From a virus, in the IMG/VR virus record IMGVR_UViG_3300029778_000002: 61,948 bases of DNA; one strand, given 5' to 3'. A program made the position numbers and the translations under genes. Shown here in pieces: positions 56,346-61,948 of the stretch (position 1 is its first letter; each line of letters opens with the position of its first letter). A model generated the notes under the pieces. It saw only the letters and a program-made list of their open reading frames with translations. It was not told the DNA's origin and made no database searches.

Positions 56346-56521
56346 GTTGTCCACTCCGATATCATTTTGCATTCCCAATTCCCACAGATATCACCCGAAG
56401 CATGTTTCTTTGCAAACGCCATGCCCTTCTTGATGGCCTCCTGCTTATTCTCTGCTTTGACTTCAAAAGCCTGATGTCCACCACCATTGTCGGTACATTC
56501 AAACCAAAATGTGTACTTCAT
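56342..56521 (-). CDS. Small protein (59 aa, not in ORF track)
   Basis: ATGA overlaps on both sides. Encodes MKYTFWFECTDNGGGHQAFEVKAENKQEAIKKGMAFAKKHASGDICGNWECKMISEWTT. Confidence 0.45.
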   Translation of the reverse strand: MKYTFWFECTDNGGGHQAFEVKAENKQEAIKKGMAFAKKHASGDICGNWECKMISEWTT

Positions 56522-56778
56522 ATATCAGCCAGCCTTTCTCTATCAGGATCTCGCAAAATAGAATCCCAGTCTCTAATAAGTTTCCGTAAGCCATGATCAT
56601 CTGCTATTGGGTTCATCGTTTCGTCATCATATTGCACTATGACACTGCCTGCTTTATCGCATCCAAATCCGCAATTCCGACACTGAATCTTATACTTGAT
56701 TTCCAGGCTTGTTCCAGTGGTAGCTGTTCCGTATACAGTTGGCCTCACTTTTGAATAGCATGCCGGACAACATCTCAT
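56518..56778 (-). CDS. Zinc-ribbon protein (86 aa)
   Basis: Contains CCPAC...CRNCGFGC. ATGA overlap with the upstream gene. Confidence 0.55.
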   Translation of the reverse strand: MRCCPACYSKVRPTVYGTATTGTSLEIKYKIQCRNCGFGCDKAGSVIVQYDDETMNPIADDHGLRKLIRDWDSILRDPDRERLADI

Positions 56779-57350
56779 ATAAAATCCTCCAAAATCGAGT
56801 TAAGCAGAATCTCCAGCACCCGGTTTATACCCGCCACCACTCGATATGGCCACGGTTCTTTCGGTTTCACCCGGGCAGGGGTATCAGACTTTCTCAGCGC
56901 ACCATAAAGCCACCTGTCGAACTGCCCAAGTGAAATATCATTCTCCATGCACCATTCACGAGCATCTGCGTAGCTAATGTCACCATTCATGCAAAGCTCG
57001 ACCACATCACGCAATGTAGCGTTCGGCTTGATCAGGGTATCTTTTTGAATCTCGTAATCATCAAAATACAAGTCCTCGCGTGACCCGTCAGCCCTGTGAA
57101 TAACTTGCGCAAAGGGTTTGCCATCCGCATAAAGCGTCGTAATATCCTCATCAATGTCAATTCGAGGACAGTCGTACCTCCATATGGCCTCAACAACTTC
57201 TTCATAGTCAATCATATCGCACCTCACAGCAGAATCCGGAACAAAATGAACCAGATCACCTTCAGCGTGAACGCAATAATGATCAGCCATGCACAAATAA
57301 CCAGCGTTGCCGCCAGAATATGACCCAGCATATGGCCGATTTTTTCCCAA
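56775..57350 (-). CDS. Hypothetical protein (191 aa; start uncertain)
   Basis: Clean ORF. The track TTG start lacks an SD, and the first ATG is 20 codons in. Confidence 0.45.
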   Translation of the reverse strand: MGKNRPYAGSYSGGNAGYLCMADHYCVHAEGDLVHFVPDSAVRCDMIDYEEVVEAIWRYDCPRIDIDEDITTLYADGKPFAQVIHRADGSREDLYFDDYEIQKDTLIKPNATLRDVVELCMNGDISYADAREWCMENDISLGQFDRWLYGALRKSDTPARVKPKEPWPYRVVAGINRVLEILLNSILEDFI

Positions 57351-57356
57351 GTATTA

Positions 57357-57557
57357 TTAGTCACCGATATTCACCCTTTCAAATCCTGTAAAAACACCGA
57401 CACCAATATTTCCATTATCACAGATGTGAACAGCTTTGTGGTACATCAATTCTTTTGCTTTATTAAATGCTTCCTCTTCATTATGATAGCGATTACCCAC
57501 TTCAAACTCTCGCTCACAGAAATTGCAGAAATATGTAGGACAGTAGAAAGTTGTCAT
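57357..57557 (-). CDS. Cys-rich small protein (66 aa)
   Basis: Start moved to ATG 57557 (GAGGAGGTG SD). Contains CPTYFCNFC. Confidence 0.5.
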   Translation of the reverse strand: MTTFYCPTYFCNFCEREFEVGNRYHNEEEAFNKAKELMYHKAVHICDNGNIGVGVFTGFERVNIGD

Positions 57558-57763
57558 ACCGCACACCTCCTCGCAGCATCCAGACGGCTCTCCGCAGCGT
57601 TCAGCTCGAAGATAGCAGCCGTGATAAACTCCGGATCGCAGTTCTCAAAGTGGTTCCGGGCCACCTCAAGATCCCGCAAAGCCTCCCACATGGTATTGAC
57701 CGTCGTTGGAATCGGCTCCATACGGAATATCTTTTTGGCGAAATCAACGATTTTTCGCAGCAT
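57554..57763 (-). CDS. Hypothetical small protein (69 aa)
   Basis: Start moved to ATG 57763 (GGAGGTG SD). Begins MLRKIVDFAKKIF. A decayed paralog lies at 58940..58981. Confidence 0.5.
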   Translation of the reverse strand: MLRKIVDFAKKIFRMEPIPTTVNTMWEALRDLEVARNHFENCDPEFITAAIFELNAAESRLDAARRCAV

Positions 57764-58121
57764 TTCTACACCTCCACATCTTTGTAACCTGACGAGCCGT
57801 GAGCCAGCCCTCAACATCATCAAGGCCAAGTGCCTGCCTACCCATCACCTCGATAAGCCCCTGCTCAAAGCCATAGGAACCCCAACCCCAAATGCCATCC
57901 CAGATACGATTTCCAGCAGCATCATATGCAGTGATTTGCTCACCACCATCGTGTCGTCCGCCCGGGAGATATTCCTGACAGTCCGGTCTGTCCATCTCTG
58001 GCCAGCGACGTTCATAAGTATGCGGAACCTTAGCATGCTTCAGCAGAATATCCAACTTCTGCATCTCGGTCATGTGATTCCAAACCCGGAGTTTCCAGGT
58101 TTTCTTAGACATGTTTCTCAT
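57744..58121 (-). CDS. Hypothetical protein (125 aa), paralog of 58962..59294 at both termini
   Basis: Start moved to ATG 58121 (AAAGGAAA SD). MRNMSKKTWKL... and the C-terminal ...AAKNR match MRNMSKKTRKL... and ...VAQNR. Confidence 0.5.
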   Translation of the reverse strand: MRNMSKKTWKLRVWNHMTEMQKLDILLKHAKVPHTYERRWPEMDRPDCQEYLPGGRHDGGEQITAYDAAGNRIWDGIWGWGSYGFEQGLIEVMGRQALGLDDVEGWLTARQVTKMWRCRNAAKNR

Positions 58122-58269
58122 TTCTGCATTTCCTTTCGTCGGCCTCCATGGTCTTTGCAATTTTATGCTGAATATAAAGCACACAGCCAGCCTGACTATC
58201 ACACCCGAATGAAGCCAATAGTCCAGCAATAGCATTCAAAGAGTTCAGATCCTCTTCAGCAAATATCAT
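58105..58269 (-). CDS. Possible small protein (54 aa, not in ORF track)
   Basis: Opens with ATGATATTT. Encodes MIFAEEDLNSLNAIAGLLASFGCDSQAGCVLYIQHKIAKTMEADERKCRNEKHV. No clear SD. Confidence 0.3.
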   Translation of the reverse strand: MIFAEEDLNSLNAIAGLLASFGCDSQAGCVLYIQHKIAKTMEADERKCRNEKHV

Positions 58270-58276
58270 TTAGCGT

Positions 58277-58504
58277 TCACCGTTTCTCCTGGTACTCTAC
58301 AATTTTGGTTACTTCGCTCTGAACCCGGCGTAAGAAATCATACGCAAGAAAGCAACCGCATTCCGCCAATTCCTCGGCGATATCGCCCAAAATATCCATA
58401 TCGGTTCTTGTGAGATTAACTTGAGGAATAACTTCAATGTTCTCCTCTGTGATAAATGGGATATAGTCTCCACAATGGCAACATTTGATGTTCATACGTT
58501 GCAT
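58277..58504 (-). CDS. Cys-rich small protein (75 aa)
   Basis: AAGGAGA SD. Contains CCHCG...CGC. Confidence 0.5.
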   Translation of the reverse strand: MQRMNIKCCHCGDYIPFITEENIEVIPQVNLTRTDMDILGDIAEELAECGCFLAYDFLRRVQSEVTKIVEYQEKR

Positions 58505-58523
58505 ACAAGCATCTCCTTCAACG

Positions 58524-58560
58524 ATAAAAATAAAGAGCCGCAGATTTCTCCACGGCTCTC
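58524..58560 (-). terminator. Rho-independent terminator (conserved family)
   Basis: Minus strand GAGAGCCGTGGAGAAATCTGCGGCTCTTTATTTTTAT. Confidence 0.7.
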
Positions 58561-58580
58561 GCGTTAATGATTAGCTCGTA

Positions 58581-58799
58581 TTAACGTTCCATAAAGTCCT
58601 TATCTATTAAATCATATTCCACATCATGGTCGTTGGAATTGCCGATAAATATCGAAAACGCCTTATCAAGGTCTGTAAAGTCACACACTGCAATTTCATT
58701 ATTTTTGAATGCCGGTGATCCAACCAGTGCCTCGCACATGCGATCACGAAATTTAGCCATTTCCTCCGGATTTTTGCATTTGATGTTCAAAACGATCAT
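58581..58799 (-). CDS. Hypothetical small protein (72 aa)
   Basis: GGAGGT SD supplied by the shared leader. Confidence 0.55.
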   Translation of the reverse strand: MIVLNIKCKNPEEMAKFRDRMCEALVGSPAFKNNEIAVCDFTDLDKAFSIFIGNSNDHDVEYDLIDKDFMER

Positions 58800-58840
58800 A
58801 GTTTTGTTACCTCCAAAATATAATTCTGAGACTAATCATC

Positions 58841-58866
58841 TCATAAAGGAGCCTGTTATTTTCGCG
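58841..58866 (-). promoter_or_regulatory. 26-nt promoter-like motif, copy 14
   Basis: Minus strand CGCGAAAATAACAGGCTCCTTTATGA, 42 nt upstream of ATG 58799, followed by the shared 5' leader. Confidence 0.6.
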
Positions 58867-58939
58867 TCTTCTCATCGAACTTCACGGGCTTCATAGTCAA
58901 CTCCCGCAGAGTATTAACTATTGCCGGCATCGGCTCTGT

Positions 58940-58981
58940 CTAGAATATCTCTTTGACGAAATCAACGATTTTGCGCAACAT
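58940..58981 (-). pseudogene. Truncated paralog of 57554..57763 (13 codons then TAG)
   Basis: ATGTTGCGCAAAATCGTTGATTTCGTCAAAGAGATATTCTAG encodes MLRKIVDFVKEIF*. It has the same 20-nt overlap architecture as the intact copy. Confidence 0.6.
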
Positions 58982-59294
58982 AATTTTTACGAAGTCCTCC
59001 TTTTTTGCATCCAAATTCTTTTCGGCGACGGTTAATCCATTCGGAAACTTTAGGAGAAAGTGGCACACCCTTTTTCACAATCAGAATTGCCTGCACATAT
59101 TCTTTATGAGCTGGCACATACATCCAACACTGAGTATCGTCATTATGGTCGATTGCATCACCAATCCACAAACGTGCAGGCCAAACATGGTTTGAGTGAT
59201 AGAATATGCTTCCCTCCAAATAATCGAACCAGAAATACTTATGGACGACCTTTCGATCAATAAGTTTTCGTGTCTTCTTAGACATATTTCTCAT
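58962..59294 (-). CDS. Hypothetical protein (110 aa)
   Basis: ATGA overlap with the upstream gene. Paralogous termini with 57744..58121. Confidence 0.5.
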   Translation of the reverse strand: MRNMSKKTRKLIDRKVVHKYFWFDYLEGSIFYHSNHVWPARLWIGDAIDHNDDTQCWMYVPAHKEYVQAILIVKKGVPLSPKVSEWINRRRKEFGCKKGGLRKNYVAQNR

Positions 59295-59458
59295 TTAATT
59301 TTCACCTTTGCTTCCTCGAACTTCAGAGGCTTCACCGTACCCTCCCGCGCACACTCCGTCAGGCACTCGTGGCAGGGTTCATCCGTCTCCAGCACCTTGA
59401 AGCTCTTGCACTTCGGACAGTAGGTCGCATAGTCCACTTCGCGCATCCAGTTATTCAT
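59291..59458 (-). CDS. Zinc-ribbon small protein (55 aa, not in ORF track)
   Basis: GGAGGT SD. Encodes MNNWMREVDYATYCPKCKSFKVLETDEPCHECLTECAREGTVKPLKFEEAKVKIK. Confidence 0.45.
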   Translation of the reverse strand: MNNWMREVDYATYCPKCKSFKVLETDEPCHECLTECAREGTVKPLKFEEAKVKIK

Positions 59459-59631
59459 CAGCGCTTACCTCCGTCGTATCTATGCATCGTGTATCCATTG
59501 CAAATCTTGCACTTAGCATAGCGGATGTTCGGATAGTACCTTGAATACCTTTCAGCTTCATTCCATTTATGAAGTGCGATTGTGCGTTTGCAAGCGCAGT
59601 CCATGCACACAATTTTTATTCGGTCACTCAT
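59458..59631 (-). CDS. Zinc-ribbon small protein (57 aa, not in ORF track)
   Basis: GGAGGTG SD. Encodes MSDRIKIVCMDCACKRT...KCKICNGYTMHRYDGGKR. Has a TGATG overlap downstream. Confidence 0.45.
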   Translation of the reverse strand: MSDRIKIVCMDCACKRTIALHKWNEAERYSRYYPNIRYAKCKICNGYTMHRYDGGKR

Positions 59632-60526
59632 CAGGTTTCACCTCCGAAATAAAAGTGTCCTTTCCGCAGCGAGGGCAACGTGCCAGAACCTCACCGTTAT
59701 GGATTGTGCACTCCTTCATACTGTTCCAGTTAGATGCAGGAATCCCAAAATGAGCATTACAGCCACCGCATTTAACAGCAACGAGCTTTTCGTCAGGATC
59801 TGCATATCCGTCAAGGTCGCCGATGTATTTATGTACCCAATGCCCATTACAAAACGGGCATTTCAAAATTCTACTGCTCGCAGGAACTTCATCCATGTCG
59901 TACAGCCACCCCTCAGGGGCAACAGGATGGCGTTTATTGCAATTGGTACACTCAACCGATATCCAAGGACGTTTTTTCTGGGTCTTCTCCTGCTTAACTG
60001 AGAACCTATCATCCAGAATATCTTTCATGGGAACAAGCACCGAATGGTTGCAAAAACAACACTTTAATTCAAGTTTTTCTCCAGAAACATCCTTTCGAAA
60101 TCCTACCCCATCGCAAATCTGGCCATTCTCTTTAATAATCGTAGCCTCACAATTGGGGCAAAGGACTTGATAGTTCTTTTTCTTAACCTCCCCAACCTTT
60201 ACCGCAAACCTATCATCCAGTTCCGGATGGGTCTCTCGCTGATTCAATGCCCACAGCAGGTTCCAGCAGGCCGCGCGCAGGTGATCCTCATCGTCCATGC
60301 CAACCATGTACTTTGCCAGATGCCGAGAAGCGCTGTCCAGCAGCGAATGCAGCGGAATACCCTTGTCTACGTTGTGCTCACCATACTTCAGTGCGCCCTC
60401 CTCGCAGTGCTTGCTGACTTCCATGATGCCATACCAAGGCAGAAGATCCATCCGCCCCTTCCCTGCGTGCATATCACGCTTTGCGCCAGTTTCAAATTCG
60501 GTGCGATCTCCAGAATCTTTAATCAC
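59624..60526 (-). CDS. dATP/dGTP pyrophosphohydrolase-like (DUF5664-type) domain fused to three zinc-ribbon modules (300 aa)
   Basis: Start at GTG 60526 (AAAGGAT-TGATATTT-GTG). N-terminus GAKRDMHAGKGRMDLLPW...GALKYGEHNVDKGIP...RHLAKYMVGMDDEDHLRAACWNLLW, followed by three CxxC-N-CxxC units. Confidence 0.55.
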   Translation of the reverse strand: MIKDSGDRTEFETGAKRDMHAGKGRMDLLPWYGIMEVSKHCEEGALKYGEHNVDKGIPLHSLLDSASRHLAKYMVGMDDEDHLRAACWNLLWALNQRETHPELDDRFAVKVGEVKKKNYQVLCPNCEATIIKENGQICDGVGFRKDVSGEKLELKCCFCNHSVLVPMKDILDDRFSVKQEKTQKKRPWISVECTNCNKRHPVAPEGWLYDMDEVPASSRILKCPFCNGHWVHKYIGDLDGYADPDEKLVAVKCGGCNAHFGIPASNWNSMKECTIHNGEVLARCPRCGKDTFISEVKPDE

Positions 60527-60544
60527 AAATATCAATCCTTTCTA

Positions 60545-60775
60545 TTAGCAGTGTTTATGAATCCGCCCCTGCATAACTTTGTTAGCCATGTCGGTCTTAG
60601 GAATCTTGCATTTCGGATAGCTCGGACGGAATCCATTGGCAGCTTTCCGGTCATTTGCAATTCTCATATAAACCTCGTCCTCCAGTTCATCTGTGATTTT
60701 CTTTATTTTATCTGCCGCAGATTCAAAAGAATGAATCAGGTCAGCAAATACATCTTCAAAGTTAACCTGCTCCAT
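60545..60775 (-). CDS. Hypothetical small protein (76 aa)
   Basis: Start moved to ATG 60775 (GAGAGGAAA SD). Overlaps the helicase 3' end by 14 nt. Confidence 0.5.
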   Translation of the reverse strand: MEQVNFEDVFADLIHSFESAADKIKKITDELEDEVYMRIANDRKAANGFRPSYPKCKIPKTDMANKVMQGRIHKHC

Positions 60776-61948
60776 AAAATTTCCTCTCATTAAACGCTTT
60801 CTTCGAGTTCAGGGCTCTCGAAATTGCCAGATCAATACCACTCCTACTCTTCAGATGGTAGTAGTACAGATCCTTGTACGGTGTATTCAGCCGGTCAATG
60901 CGCCCCGAGGCCTGCTCCATGATCTTATATGAGTAGTTCTGGCTGTAAAATATAATGGTGTCCGTCTTGATGCAGTTCCAGCCTTCAGCACCGGCATTGT
61001 ACTGCACCAGATACACCCACCTGTCGCCTTCAGGAAGCGGCTGATGCTTGTGCCCGTTCCATTGTGCAACTTCGGTGTCCTTGCCATAGTCCAGACCCAT
61101 CAGAATATCAAGCTCATAATCAAAATTATAGAAGATAATGACCCTAGGTCTGCCTTTGCAAATATCCAGCACTTTTTCTTGTCGGCTTGCATCAGCGTTC
61201 ACCAACTTCCGCAGCAGATAGCAGAACTCGCTGGCGGTCTCGATTGGTTTGTTCTCCCAGAGGTTCCACCGGTTCTTGCAGATTGAAAGATACTTCACCT
61301 TGTCATACTCCACAAATACATTCTCATGGTGCGATACAGTCGGCCGCTCGAAGTCCATGTCAACCAGAATCCGTTCCCGCAACCGTACCAAGCGCTGGGT
61401 ATTCAGATACCGGTCGATCTTCGGGTACTTCGTGCAGAATTGGCTGTATACCACATGCTGGTTGTTGAAGTCCGTTCTGTTTCGGTAGAACCCATTGGCG
61501 ATGAACACCGGGATATAATCCGTCCAGCAGTCCCCGGGGGTGGCGCTGAGCAATATCCACTCGTTATTTTGCGTAATTTTGTAGAAAGATTTCACCCATG
61601 CGCCCTTTCCAACGACTCGCTGCTCGTCAAATATAAAGAACGCATTCTTCACGCCAACGTACTTTCCGATATTGTTCCAGGAATCCACCACGACCTTGTG
61701 CTCGTAAATATCATGCTCTGGATCTGTAGACATATAGAAATGGGCCAGTTCTTCGTCCCACTCTCCCGTATCCCGTTTCCGGGCAGTCGTGATGATGTAA
61801 AGATCCGGGGGCTCTGTCATGCGTACATAATTCTCCGTATTTACCTCCCCATCGTAAAGTTTGTAATAGAACGCCAAACTCGTTCTCGATTTTCCGCTTC
61901 CTACGCCTCCGCATAAGATGCAGCCGATTTTCATACGGTTGATCGCAT
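60762..61948 (-). CDS. SF2 (DEAD/SNF2-like) helicase, 3' part; the 5' end continues at 124..157 across the circular junction
   Basis: Walker A GGVGSGKS, FDEQ (motif II), LSATP (motif III) and QASGRIDR (motif VI). The full-length protein is about 406 aa when the genome is circularised. Confidence 0.85.
   Translation of the reverse strand, partial: AINRMKIGCILCGGVGSGKSRTSLAFYYKLYDGEVNTENYVRMTEPPDLYIITTARKRDTGEWDEELAHFYMSTDPEHDIYEHKVVVDSWNNIGKYVGVKNAFFIFDEQRVVGKGAWVKSFYKITQNNEWILLSATPGDCWTDYIPVFIANGFYRNRTDFNNQHVVYSQFCTKYPKIDRYLNTQRLVRLRERILVDMDFERPTVSHHENVFVEYDKVKYLSICKNRWNLWENKPIETASEFCYLLRKLVNADASRQEKVLDICKGRPRVIIFYNFDYELDILMGLDYGKDTEVAQWNGHKHQPLPEGDRWVYLVQYNAGAEGWNCIKTDTIIFYSQNYSYKIMEQASGRIDRLNTPYKDLYYYHLKSRSGIDLAISRALNSKKAFNERKFYGAG
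61826..61948. repeat. Terminal direct repeat, copy 2 (identical to 1..123)
   Basis: See copy 1. Confidence 0.9.

Overview
The window is one complete temperate phage genome of about 61.8 kb. It is siphovirus-type (2293-aa tape measure) and was linearised with a 123-bp overlap (1..123 is identical to 61826..61948). I call about 100 genes, and all but three lie on the minus strand. Reading the minus strand from high to low coordinates, the order is: an SF2 helicase split by the window edge; many small Zn-ribbon proteins; a dNTP-pyrophosphohydrolase-like protein and ThyX; a Spo0A_C-like protein; an AT-rich TGGCCA-iteron region (ori candidate); two PD-(D/E)XK nucleases; a 924-aa single-chain two-barrel (YonO-like) RNA polymerase candidate; a structured 414-nt leader; packaging genes (HNH, TerL) interrupted by a moron island; portal, protease-capsid fusion, neck, major tail, chaperones, tape measure and Dit/Tal/fibre genes; XkdX-like protein, GH25 endolysin and holin; a start-less 3' fragment of spo0A (attP candidate); a tyrosine integrase; a sigma-region-4-like regulator; about a dozen tiny monocistronic cassettes; three paralogous membrane-anchored proteins; and a 1334-aa helicase/AEP-primase/PolB fusion. 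Each cassette is bracketed by a conserved 26-nt promoter-like motif and a conserved terminator, and one of them is a non-canonical tRNA-like gene. The spo0A fragment, GGAGG Shine-Dalgarno sites, GH25 lysin, phiLC3-type holin and XkdX point to a Clostridia/Bacillota host. All functional calls come from reading motifs by eye, because no database search or folding was possible. Many starts were moved from the ORF-track alternative-start codons to the ATG/GTG that has a proper SD.
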